A stretch of DNA of 64,000 bases from an uncultured Pseudobdellovibrionaceae bacterium (GCA_964389375.1 CAYMDP010000010.1:9849-73848), one strand, 5' to 3'. Positions 48,295 to 57,305 are shown, counted from the first letter of the stretch. The notes: generated by a model from the sequence alone, not told the origin. Made by a program: numbers and translations.

Positions 48295-49737
48295 ATGCAC
48301 ATATTTTGGAAGGTCCTTTTTTTAATTCACTGCTTAAGCCTTGGGGCTTGCGCTTCCATGAATTGGAATGACCGTGAGGATATCGTTTCGATCGTCACTG
48401 AAAAGCCGGGTGCCGAGATCTATTTTAAAGATCGGATGCAGGGGACTACTCCGGCCTTTGTAAAGCTTCCTCGTGCTCGAAAGAATCAGATTCAGTTAAG
48501 CTATCCCGGAGAAGAACCTCAGACCTTTGTTTTGGATTCTAAATATCGCTGGGGCGATTCCTTTTGGGGGAATGCCATTCTCGGTGGTCTTGCACCCTTC
48601 GGTTGGGGCATCGATTTTTGGACTGGGGCGGCCTGGAATGTAAAGGCGGGAGAAGTCTATTCTTTACAAGGGAAGGGTCCAAAAGAACAAAAGACGACAA
48701 GCCCGATCTTGATAGCTCCACCGGTTGCAGAGGATGAAACTTTGTCTCTAGAAATTGCTACTCTTGTAGAAAAACGGATGCGAGAGCGTTTTCCGGATCG
48801 AAAGTGGAAGCCCTATGTCGAAACCGCGGATCTGTTTCACTTTTACCAACGAACTCACGAAGAACTGTTTCCACTAAGTGATTTAGCGCCTCTGTTCTAT
48901 TCGGCAAAGAGTACTCAGGTTCTTGAGACAGTGGTTCAAAAGCGCAAGGGCTTTGGCACTCATGCGATTGAAGCCTCTCTTAAGAATGCAATCTCTGGAG
49001 AGGTCGAAGACTATTATGTGTTTGAGGTTCCAGATGAAAGATTAGCTGCGCTAAAATTAAGTTGGTGGGAGCGGATGTGGAATAGCCAGTCCATTTGGCC
49101 CAATGTTTTGGCCCTAGATTTTTCCACAGGCATAAGTTCTATTGAAGACATCAACGGGAACATCCACCAAGCTGAAAATCGGCATTCCGAAGGCACTTTA
49201 AGTCAGGCCACTCGCTATTTGGGAAGCATAAGTCTGGCGCGGATTCAGCAAGGTCGAAGAACGAGTGGAGGGCGCTACCGCTTTTCGATGATTCCGGCAT
49301 TATTTTTCAGGTGGAATCAGTTGAACTTTCCAAGTGAGGCCCAAATCCGAGATGTCGAATTCGAGCGGCTGTTTCTATCAGTTGGATATGGACCTCGATT
49401 TGAATGGGTGTCTAATTTCGCAAATGTCTATTTGGATATTGTTCCGGGCCTTAGGTGGACCTCCGTGGAATACGATGGCCCATTGGCAAGTGGAATTGAA
49501 CAAGATACCAACATATTCGTTTTTACTGAGGCGGGTATAAGTCGATTTGTAAGTGAGCGTTGGGTGATTTCTTTATTCGTTAGAAGTGCAGGAGAGGATA
49601 TAGAGGTCTGGAAAAAGGCCCTCTCGGGAGCCTCGGACCAAAATTTCGCCTTACTTGATTTGCGGACAACGATTTCGGGAGCGCGTCTAGGATATTACTT
49701 TCCCGAGGGCTCAAAGAAGCTAAAATCCAGCTTCTGA
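48295..49737 (+). CDS. Hypothetical lipoprotein, possibly outer-membrane associated
   Basis: 480-aa ORF with a lipobox-like LSLGAC near the N-terminus. The C-terminal half is rich in alternating aromatic/polar beta-strand-like segments and ends in ...LKSSF. Confidence 0.5.
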   Translation: MHIFWKVLFLIHCLSLGACASMNWNDREDIVSIVTEKPGAEIYFKDRMQGTTPAFVKLPRARKNQIQLSYPGEEPQTFVLDSKYRWGDSFWGNAILGGLAPFGWGIDFWTGAAWNVKAGEVYSLQGKGPKEQKTTSPILIAPPVAEDETLSLEIATLVEKRMRERFPDRKWKPYVETADLFHFYQRTHEELFPLSDLAPLFYSAKSTQVLETVVQKRKGFGTHAIEASLKNAISGEVEDYYVFEVPDERLAALKLSWWERMWNSQSIWPNVLALDFSTGISSIEDINGNIHQAENRHSEGTLSQATRYLGSISLARIQQGRRTSGGRYRFSMIPALFFRWNQLNFPSEAQIRDVEFERLFLSVGYGPRFEWVSNFANVYLDIVPGLRWTSVEYDGPLASGIEQDTNIFVFTEAGISRFVSERWVISLFVRSAGEDIEVWKKALSGASDQNFALLDLRTTISGARLGYYFPEGSKKLKSSF

Positions 49738-49739
49738 TA

Positions 49740-49831
49740 GGTTCCAGGTCCCAAGTGGTAGCAGTGGCGCATCATTCGGCAGCTAGAAGCTCCAAATGAT
49801 GCGCCATTGCTAGCACTTGGGACCTGGAACC
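49740..49831. repeat. 92-nt extended hairpin (element D): 18-bp perfect outer arms with an AAGTG/CACTT junction and a second inner stem
   Basis: GGTTCCAGGTCCCAAGTG (49740-49757) is the exact reverse complement of 49814-49831. The inner arms TAGCAGTGGCGCATCATT / AATGATGCGCCATTGCTA differ only at one G:T position. Confidence 0.9.
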
Positions 49832-49897
49832 CAAAAGGTGGACCGAAGAAGTGGGCTCCGCTATGTTAGGTCATTCGTTTTTGGGGGTTGGGGATCA

Positions 49898-51424
49898 ATG
49901 CAAAATGGAATTCTAGTTTTAGATTTTGGCTCTCAATACACTCAATTGATCGCTCGAAGATTGAGAGAAATCGGTGTCTACTCGGAGCTTCTTTTATTCG
50001 ATGCCGACATCGAAGAAATCCGCAGTAAAAAGCCCATGGGAATTATTCTAAGTGGTGGCCCAAGTTCTGTAAAAGAAGAGGGCGCCCCGAAAAGGAATTT
50101 AAAAGAGCTTGCTGAGATCGCACCCATCTTAGGGATCTGTTATGGGATGCAACTTATTGCCGATCAGATGGGTGGCAAAGTTGTGACTGCAGATCGCAGA
50201 GAATACGGTTTAAATTCGGTGCGCTGGAGTGAGTCCTTGGTGAAGACAATTCCAAAAGATCAAAAGGTATGGATGAGCCACGGGGACGCACTTGAAAAAA
50301 TACCTCCCGGCTTTCAGGTGGTCGCTGAGTCCAGCTCGGGCCACCCGGCTGCGATGAAGGGTCCCAATATTTGGGCTTTGCAGTTTCACCCTGAAGTGTC
50401 CCATACCGAAAACGGACTTGATCTTTTAAAGTCCTTTGCCTTTGATCTTTGTGGGGCTGAAAAAAACTGGAATGCTCCTGAAATCATCGATCATCTGATT
50501 GAAGACATTCGAGCCAAAGTGCCTGGAAACGAAAAAGTTCTTTGCGCCCTTAGCGGCGGGGTTGATTCGACCGTTGTGGGGACTCTTTTAACCAAAACTC
50601 TTGGAGCAGATCGAGTTCATTGTGTTTTTGTCGATACAGGAATGTTGAGGAAAAATGAATTCGAGGATGTCTTGAAGCTTTATGCGGAACTCGGTTTAAA
50701 TGTCCATGGGGTCGATGCTTCCAAAACTTTTTTGGGACGTCTTAAGAATATCGAAGATCCTGAGCAAAAACGAAAGATTATCGGCCACACCTTTATCGAT
50801 GTCTTTAAGGAAGAAATTAAGAAAATTGGAAAAGTAGATTGGCTGGCTCAAGGGACTCTTTATCCGGATGTGATTGAAAGTGTTTCTCCTCGGGGAACAA
50901 GCGTAACAATTAAGTCCCATCACAATGTCGGCGGACTTCCTAAGGATTTAAATCTTAATTTGATTGAACCCTTAAGGGAGCTTTTTAAAGATGAAGTGCG
51001 AATGATTGGGGCGCGTCTTGGTATTCCAGATAAGTTTTTGTGGCGCCATCCTTTTCCAGGACCCGGACTTGCAATCCGCATCATGGGAGAGGTCAACGAA
51101 GAGAACTTAAAAATTTTAAAAGAAGCCGATCACATCTACGTGGAAGAATTAAAAGCAAATTCTTTGTATCATAAGATTTGGCAAGCCTTTGTAGTTTTGC
51201 TTCCAGTTAAAACCGTTGGAGTACAAGGGGATTCCAGAACCTATGACAAAGTTGTCGCCATTCGAGCGGTGACTTCTCAGGACGGAATGACGGCAGATTG
51301 GTTTGATTTTCCAGCAAGTTTTTTAAGAATGGTTTCCAACCGCATCACTAACGAAGTCAAAGGGGTCAATCGAGTGGTTTACGATGTAACCAGTAAGCCC
51401 CCGGGCACGATTGAGTGGGAATAG
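49898..51424 (+). CDS. guaA: GMP synthase (glutamine-hydrolysing)
   Basis: MQNGILVLDFGSQYTQLIARRLRE, GICYGMQ (GATase), SGGVDS (PP-loop) and C-terminal ...GTIEWE. ATG 49898 was chosen; the ORF-track extension from 49817 runs through hairpin D. Confidence 0.95.
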   Translation: MQNGILVLDFGSQYTQLIARRLREIGVYSELLLFDADIEEIRSKKPMGIILSGGPSSVKEEGAPKRNLKELAEIAPILGICYGMQLIADQMGGKVVTADRREYGLNSVRWSESLVKTIPKDQKVWMSHGDALEKIPPGFQVVAESSSGHPAAMKGPNIWALQFHPEVSHTENGLDLLKSFAFDLCGAEKNWNAPEIIDHLIEDIRAKVPGNEKVLCALSGGVDSTVVGTLLTKTLGADRVHCVFVDTGMLRKNEFEDVLKLYAELGLNVHGVDASKTFLGRLKNIEDPEQKRKIIGHTFIDVFKEEIKKIGKVDWLAQGTLYPDVIESVSPRGTSVTIKSHHNVGGLPKDLNLNLIEPLRELFKDEVRMIGARLGIPDKFLWRHPFPGPGLAIRIMGEVNEENLKILKEADHIYVEELKANSLYHKIWQAFVVLLPVKTVGVQGDSRTYDKVVAIRAVTSQDGMTADWFDFPASFLRMVSNRITNEVKGVNRVVYDVTSKPPGTIEWE

Positions 51425-51429
51425 TTTAG

Positions 51430-54400
51430 ATGTCATTTGTTCACCTTCACGTTCATTCTCAGTACTCGCTTCTAGATGCCACCATCCGGGCAAAGGCGCT
51501 TGTTAAGCGCGCGAAGGAGTTTAATCAGCCTGCAGTTGCCTTGACGGATCTTGGAAATTTATTTGGCTGTATTGAGTTTTATTTTGCGGCTCTTGATGCG
51601 GGAGTAAAACCCATCGTAGGACTTGAAGTGTATATCGCGCCGAAGGGTCGTTTGGTTAAGGGCGAGGATAAAGACGCAAGTCATATGCCGAACCGTCGAT
51701 TGGTTTTGCTGGCCCAAGATATGGACGGCTATCACAGTCTTTGTGCCCTCAGTACGATTGGTTATCAAGAGGGTTTCTATTACCGTCCTCGCGTTGATTA
51801 CGAAGTTTTAAAAAAACATAATAAGGGTCTAATTGCATTAACCGGCGGTCTAATGGGTGAAGTCCCTTGGACTTTTAAAAATCGTGGACCCGATGAAGCT
51901 TTGCAAAAAATTAAGGAACTTAAAGACATCTACGGAGACGGTCTTTATCTCGAATTGAATCGAACCGGAGTTCGAGACTGGGACGACATTAATCCTTTTC
52001 TTGTTCAAGCTGGAAAAGACTTAAGTGTTCCCATTGTGGCTACGAATGATGTTCATTACCTTCATCAAGAAGATCAGCTGGCTCAGGAAGTTTTGATTTG
52101 TATTGCTTCCAACAAAACCCTGCAAGATGAGTCTCGATTTAAACTGGGAACGGATCAGTTTTATTTTAAAAGTACAGAATCCATGCAGTCTCTTTTTCAG
52201 GATCTTCCTGAGGCGATTGCCAATACCGAAGTCATCATGAATCGGTGCAATCTAAAGTTTAAGCTTAAAGATGAAGAGGGAAAGCCCATCTATCACTTGC
52301 CGACATTCCCGACCGCTGAAGGAGTTGGACTTGCTGAAGAGATCAAAAGACTTTCTTTCGAAGGTCTTGAGGTCAGGATCGAGCAAGCCAAAGCGCGCGG
52401 CGAAGAGATCGGTCCCGAACAACGCGAAGTTTATAAGCAGCGTCTTGAGTTCGAGTTAAAAGTTATTAATGGAATGGGTTTTGATGGATACTTTTTAATC
52501 GTTCAAGACTTTATTAATTGGGCCAAGAAAAATAATATTCCAGTCGGCCCGGGACGGGGATCAGGGGCAGGCTCTTTGGTCGCCTATAGTTTGTTTATTA
52601 CCGATCTTGATCCCATGCCTTACAATTTGATTTTCGAGAGATTCCTAAATCCCGAGCGTATTAGCATGCCGGATTTTGATATCGATTTTTGCCAAGAAAA
52701 CCGCGGCCGGGTCATTGATTATGTGACCGAAAAATACGGGCAACAAAGCGTGTCCCAGATTATCACTTACGGAAAACTTCAGGCTAGGGCTGCAATCCGC
52801 GATGTTGGGCGAGTTCTAGGAATGACCTATGCCGATGTGGATGTGATTTCAAAACTGATGCCTGATAAGTTAGGGATCACACTAGGTGAGGCCATAGAGC
52901 TTGAGCCACGCCTTCGTGAGATGATGGACCAAGATCCCAAGGTCGCAACCCTTATGGATTTGGCGCAAAAAGTTGAAGGTCTTGTTCGCCATGCAGGGAT
53001 TCACGCCGCAGGTGTTGTCATTGCCGATGGATCGATCATGGATCATGCGCCCCTTTATCGTGGGGCTGACGGAGAAAACGTCGTTCAGTATGATATGAAA
53101 CATGCTGAAAAAATTGGGCTAATTAAGTTCGATTTTCTTGGATTAAAAACCCTGACCCATATTCAAGATGCCTTAAATCTTGTTGAAAAAAATCGTGGCA
53201 AAAAAATTGCGACGACCGAGATCTCACTTAAAGACCCTGGTATTTATGAAATCATGTGCAAAGGGGATACGGCCGGGATTTTTCAGTTCGAAGGTGAGGG
53301 CATTACAGACCTAATCCGAAAAGCCAAACCAAATTGTTTTGAAGATATCGTTGCGATCAATGCCCTTTATCGCCCAGGTCCAATGGATATGATTCCGGAC
53401 TATCTTAAGCGAAAAAATGCGGAAGTTTCGGTTTCGTATATTTTTGATGAACTCGAGCCTATTTTAAAAGAAACCTACGGGATCGTGGTCTATCAAGAGC
53501 AAGTCCAAATTGTTGCAGCTAAAATTGCCAACTACTCCCTTGGTGAAGCCGATATGCTTCGAAGAGCCATGGGAAAAAAGATTGCCGAAGAGATGGCCAT
53601 TCACAAAACTCGCTTTTTAAAGGGCGCTGAAGAAAACAAATTTGATTTAAAAAAAGCAGGCGAGTTGTTTGATACCATGGCCGAGTTTGCGAAGTATGGA
53701 TTTAATAAATCCCATGCTGCCGCATATTGCGTGGTTGCCGCCCAAACAGCCTATCTAAAGAACTATTATCCCGTCGAATTTTTTGCAGCACTTTTAAGCA
53801 CGGAGATGAGCGACACGGATAAGGTCGTCAAATACGTTAAAGACGCACAAAAACGTAAGATCGAAGTTTTGCCTCCTCATGTGAATCACTCAGAATACAA
53901 GTTTTCGGTTCGAGGGGATCAAATCTTATTTTCTTTAGGTGCCATTAAAGGTGTGGGCCAAGGCGCTGTTGAAGCGATTGTCGAAGCCCGTGAAAAATTA
54001 GAGTCTAAGAAATTTGAGTCCTTAGATCAGTTTTTTGAAAGCCTTGATCTAAGACGGGTCAATAAAAAGACGATCGAAGCTTTAATTAAAGCTGGGGCCT
54101 TAGATGGCTTTAATGCAGAACGCTCTGAATTGATGGAAGGCTACTCGCGATTTATTGAACGTGCAGATCGAATTAAAAAAGATCGTGACCTGGGCCAGGT
54201 CAGTCTTTTTGCAATGGATGAGGAACTCACTAAGTCCGAGAGAGTCGTTTTGGAAAAAAAGGCCCCCTGGCCAAAATCCGCAAGCCTTGCTTTCGAAAAA
54301 GAAGTCCTCGGCTTTTATTTAAGTGACCACCCCCTGAAGGGTCTTGAAGCCGTTATGAGTCTTTGGTCAAAAATTAATGTCGAAAGTCTTAAGACTTTGC

Positions 54401-54903
54401 CGCCAAAATCAACGGTTCAGCTTTTTGGATTAGTCTCGAGTTTAAAAGAGTTTATTACCAAAAAAGGTACACGCATGGCCTTTTCTTCGATCGAAGATTT
54501 AACGGGTCGTGTGGAAGTCGTCGTTTTTCCAGATACTTTTGCGAAGACCGAGTTAATTTTAAAAAGTGAAGTTCCAGTCTTGATCTACGGCCAACTTGAG
54601 CGCGACGGAGAAGCCTGTAAGATTTTGCTCGAAGATGTGAAGCGAGTGGATGATATCTTTCAGCGTGCGAAAAAAATGACCTTTAAAATTTCTGAGGGCA
54701 TGGATGATCGCTTCGACAAACTTAAGGCTTTAGTCGAGCGTTACCCCGGAAACACAAGTCTTGGATTCCAAATGAAGCTTCAGAATCCCGATGCTGTTGT
54801 CGAACTGGATCTCTTAGAGCCCAAAGGCGTCCATGCGGGGCAAGAATTCTTCGAAGAAGTCCAAGGACTCTTTGGCCGCTCGGATTTTATCTCTCTGAAC
54901 TAG
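51430..54903 (+). CDS. dnaE: DNA polymerase III alpha subunit
   Basis: 1157-aa ORF with a PHP domain (FVHLHVHSQYSLLD), polymerase core motifs (PDFDIDF, GLIKFDFLGLKTL, YRPGPM) and an OB-fold C-terminus. Confidence 0.95.
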   Translation: MSFVHLHVHSQYSLLDATIRAKALVKRAKEFNQPAVALTDLGNLFGCIEFYFAALDAGVKPIVGLEVYIAPKGRLVKGEDKDASHMPNRRLVLLAQDMDGYHSLCALSTIGYQEGFYYRPRVDYEVLKKHNKGLIALTGGLMGEVPWTFKNRGPDEALQKIKELKDIYGDGLYLELNRTGVRDWDDINPFLVQAGKDLSVPIVATNDVHYLHQEDQLAQEVLICIASNKTLQDESRFKLGTDQFYFKSTESMQSLFQDLPEAIANTEVIMNRCNLKFKLKDEEGKPIYHLPTFPTAEGVGLAEEIKRLSFEGLEVRIEQAKARGEEIGPEQREVYKQRLEFELKVINGMGFDGYFLIVQDFINWAKKNNIPVGPGRGSGAGSLVAYSLFITDLDPMPYNLIFERFLNPERISMPDFDIDFCQENRGRVIDYVTEKYGQQSVSQIITYGKLQARAAIRDVGRVLGMTYADVDVISKLMPDKLGITLGEAIELEPRLREMMDQDPKVATLMDLAQKVEGLVRHAGIHAAGVVIADGSIMDHAPLYRGADGENVVQYDMKHAEKIGLIKFDFLGLKTLTHIQDALNLVEKNRGKKIATTEISLKDPGIYEIMCKGDTAGIFQFEGEGITDLIRKAKPNCFEDIVAINALYRPGPMDMIPDYLKRKNAEVSVSYIFDELEPILKETYGIVVYQEQVQIVAAKIANYSLGEADMLRRAMGKKIAEEMAIHKTRFLKGAEENKFDLKKAGELFDTMAEFAKYGFNKSHAAAYCVVAAQTAYLKNYYPVEFFAALLSTEMSDTDKVVKYVKDAQKRKIEVLPPHVNHSEYKFSVRGDQILFSLGAIKGVGQGAVEAIVEAREKLESKKFESLDQFFESLDLRRVNKKTIEALIKAGALDGFNAERSELMEGYSRFIERADRIKKDRDLGQVSLFAMDEELTKSERVVLEKKAPWPKSASLAFEKEVLGFYLSDHPLKGLEAVMSLWSKINVESLKTLPPKSTVQLFGLVSSLKEFITKKGTRMAFSSIEDLTGRVEVVVFPDTFAKTELILKSEVPVLIYGQLERDGEACKILLEDVKRVDDIFQRAKKMTFKISEGMDDRFDKLKALVERYPGNTSLGFQMKLQNPDAVVELDLLEPKGVHAGQEFFEEVQGLFGRSDFISLN

Positions 54904-54907
54904 TTCG

Positions 54908-55070
54908 TTTCAAAACTCTGTTTGCAATAAGAATAAGTGCTCCGCCTCAGCCGTCGGACATTCTCGGTCGGCCCCTAGGATTTAATTTGATAACCCGGAT
55001 TAAATTTGGGCCGACCTGCGAAACTAGTCTTCGGCGGACACTTATTCTTATTGCAAACAGAGTTTTGAAA
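54908..55070. repeat. Hairpin element, copy B of the conserved-core family (inverted relative to A and C)
   Basis: 32-nt arms 54908-54939 and 55039-55070 are exact reverse complements. The core contains CCTCAGCCGTCGGAC (54945-54959) and GTCTTCGGCGGA (55027-55038), which are the reverse complements of the copy A/C core ends. An inner stem GGTCGGCCC/GGGCCGACC is also present. The element starts 5 nt after the dnaE stop. Confidence 0.9.
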
Positions 55071-55240
55071 GATTTTGTAGATAAAATCCTCGGGACCTTA
55101 TGCATCGTTTTAGACTCTTTTCTGGACTCTTTGGGCAATTCGCTTTGGAGTGTGAAGATTTTCAACATCCAGCCAGCGGCACTTTTTCAGTTCGTAAGCA
55201 GAGATCCGGGATGTCTATTCGACTAATCTGGGGAAATCCA

Positions 55241-55567
55241 TTTTTTTGAAGTTCTTCTTCTAATTTTTAAAGTGTCCACCGAAGACCGGGTTGTATCCTA
55301 CAAATCCAGTCCATAGATGACGCCGAGATTTTTACTTATGGTGAGGCGCGACGACGATGGACTAGCGCAAGCTAATTCGAGGAGGAGCAACGAAGCCATA
55401 AGCAAAAATAACAAGTCAGCTATGGACTGGATTTGTAGGATACAGCCCTGTTTCGCAGGGCGGCCCAAAGGTCGACCTGGTTATTAAATATAGCCGACGG
55501 GCCGACCGAGAATGTCCGACGGCTGAGGGGGAGCACTTTAAAAATTAGAAGAAGAACTTCAAAAAAA
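55241..55567. repeat. Hairpin element, copy C of the conserved-core family, carrying two nested inner hairpin modules
   Basis: 34-nt arms 55241-55274 and 55534-55567 are exact reverse complements. Core ends are TCCACCGAAGAC (55275-55286) and GTCCGACGGCTGAGG (55514-55528). The nested module has 29-nt arms 55288-55316 / 55420-55448 (one T:G position). Inside that is a 13-nt-arm hairpin 55329-55341 / 55396-55408. Confidence 0.9.
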
Positions 55568-55608
55568 TATTTTTGTAAGTTCGCGGATTACATCTTTCGT
55601 GAATGTCT

Positions 55609-56721
55609 CTATTGAGAGTGGAGTCGGTTTCGCCAGAGGATGGGGCTTTTGATTAGGTTGTGGAGTAGGCTGGCTAGGGTCACTGCGATGAACATCAGGA
55701 ATCCTATTGGGAAAAACAGGATTCCGATCCAGGAAAATTCGCCGTAACTTTTGATAAGGGTGAAGAGTGCGAAAAGGGAGAGAGTGACTAGGAGTAAAGA
55801 AGCCGGGGTGCTGCCCCAGAGTCCCATTCCGCTGAGTGCAAAAAACACACTTGTGACTTTTAGAAAATCCAAGGGAGAGCTATATTTTTGTCCGAATCTA
55901 AAGATTCGGACCCAGCCTTTCCAGAATTCTTTAAAGCTGGAATACATTCGAACTTGATAGAGAGGACTCTTCGAGATTTCGTAGCGTCCTTGATTTTTAA
56001 GGCTTAGTTCAGCGATGGCCATGTCGTCTGCGGATTCATTGCGTACACTTTTGTGAGCTTCAATTTTTTCGTAAAAACTTCGTTTAAAAAGAAGAAACTG
56101 ACCGATGGCGTAGGGTTTTTTCCCATGGCTTGATGCAAAGGCCCTAGAGGCTATAAGCGTGAGGATTTGAAAGCTTCCCATGGCTTTTTCCCAAAGGCTT
56201 GGCGCCTTGTGAAAGGGGAGGGAGCTTAATAGATCTAGATCTTGATCTTTCATCATTCGAAGGGCTGTGCTGATTTGTTTTAGAGAATGAAGTGTATCGG
56301 CGTCGGTAAAAAGAATAAATTCTTTCGTGCAAAGCTTGGCCCCTTGATAGCAGGCCCAGTTTTTTCCTCTCCAACCGGCCTCTAGGGACTGCCCTTTAAG
56401 GACCCGACAGTTGAACTGAGTTGCGATTTCAGATGTTTTGTCCGTGGATTGATCGTCGACAACTATAATTTCGCTTATCTGTGAAGTTTTAGAGTGAGTT
56501 GTTAAGCTCGGCAGCAAGAGCTTTAGATTATCTTCTTCATCGCGGGCGGGAATGACGATCGACAATGAGTTTAAAAGATTTTGGTCGAATTCACTGTGCT
56601 TAATTTGATTTTGCTTAGCCTGGGAAATGCTTTTTGCGGCTTGCCCTAGGGCCTTAAAGAGTTCGCTGAGCCCGTAAATTGCGAAGGCTAAACTAAGTCC
56701 CGACCAAAGAGTGAACTCCAC
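55609..56721 (-). CDS. Family 2 glycosyltransferase, CrtQ-like (candidate carotenoid glycosyltransferase)
   Basis: 370-aa ORF with IVIPARDEEDNL, VVDDQSTDKT, AGWRGKNWACYQG, FTDADT and terminal TM helices. This motif order resembles staphylococcal CrtQ as I recall it, and the gene sits next to a crt cluster. Confidence 0.55.
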   Translation of the reverse strand: MEFTLWSGLSLAFAIYGLSELFKALGQAAKSISQAKQNQIKHSEFDQNLLNSLSIVIPARDEEDNLKLLLPSLTTHSKTSQISEIIVVDDQSTDKTSEIATQFNCRVLKGQSLEAGWRGKNWACYQGAKLCTKEFILFTDADTLHSLKQISTALRMMKDQDLDLLSSLPFHKAPSLWEKAMGSFQILTLIASRAFASSHGKKPYAIGQFLLFKRSFYEKIEAHKSVRNESADDMAIAELSLKNQGRYEISKSPLYQVRMYSSFKEFWKGWVRIFRFGQKYSSPLDFLKVTSVFFALSGMGLWGSTPASLLLVTLSLFALFTLIKSYGEFSWIGILFFPIGFLMFIAVTLASLLHNLIKSPILWRNRLHSQ

Positions 56722-56726
56722 AGGTT

Positions 56727-57305
56727 TTAAAGGCTCATTAGCTTCAAGGTTTCGGCAACACCCGGATAACCTTGATCAAACCAATGCCACCAAGCTGCGA
56801 TCATGATCAAGTGCCCGGTTAAGATAAAGACATGAGACCACATCTCGAAGCGGTCCGAATTTTTTGAATAGTAGCGGTGCCAATGAAAGGCCTCATCGAT
56901 CACGCTGTACAGAATGCTTAAGAAGATCAAAACCGCTGCGGGGATTTTCATAAACTCTGCGTGGTTATAAGCCAAACAAAGAGCCAGCACCGATGTGATC
57001 CCGGCAAATATAGTCACATGATGAACCAGAGCTTCTGCTTTTTTTAGTTCTTCTTTGTAGCGAGTTCGGTGTCCGATGGTGTCGACAGAAATCGCCGCCA
57101 CAAAGATGAAGGTTCCTATCGGAATATTCCAAACATAAGCCGGATAAACGACGCCCCCGAAGTATCCGATCATTACAAAGCCCGTCACGCTGAATAAAAG
57201 CCCCAGCATCAGGCCAACCCAAGCGACGTAAGCCAGCCAATCTTTTTTTGTAAAAAGGCGCACTTGTGAGGTGTACTCAAAGGCTTCTCGAACAAAGGCT
57301 GTCAC
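56727..57305 (-). CDS. Hypothetical polytopic membrane protein with His-rich motifs
   Basis: 192-aa ORF with about 5 hydrophobic helices. His clusters are HRTRYKEE...LVHH, FHWHRYY and HLIMIAAWWHW. It lies 5 nt upstream of the GT2 gene. Confidence 0.45.
   Translation of the reverse strand: MTAFVREAFEYTSQVRLFTKKDWLAYVAWVGLMLGLLFSVTGFVMIGYFGGVVYPAYVWNIPIGTFIFVAAISVDTIGHRTRYKEELKKAEALVHHVTIFAGITSVLALCLAYNHAEFMKIPAAVLIFLSILYSVIDEAFHWHRYYSKNSDRFEMWSHVFILTGHLIMIAAWWHWFDQGYPGVAETLKLMSL

Noticed and set aside
49817-49897. N-terminal extension of guaA from the ORF-track start
   Set aside because: The extension overlaps the right arm of hairpin D. The canonical GATase N-terminus (MQNGILVLDFGSQYTQLI) begins at ATG 49898.
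54947-55226. ORFs 54947..55168 (-) and 54987..55226 (+) in the dnaE-downstream gap
   Set aside because: Both run through the palindromic arms and core of hairpin element B. Mirror-image ORFs on both strands are an artefact of the inverted repeat.
54908-55567. Reading hairpin elements B and C as ordinary rho-independent terminators or as integron attC sites
   Set aside because: In each element the T-run is on the 5' side and the A-run on the 3' side of the stem, on either strand, which is wrong for intrinsic termination. The stems are also far longer than typical terminators. The attC R''/R' consensus (RYYYAAC...GTTRRRY) is absent, and no integrase is nearby.
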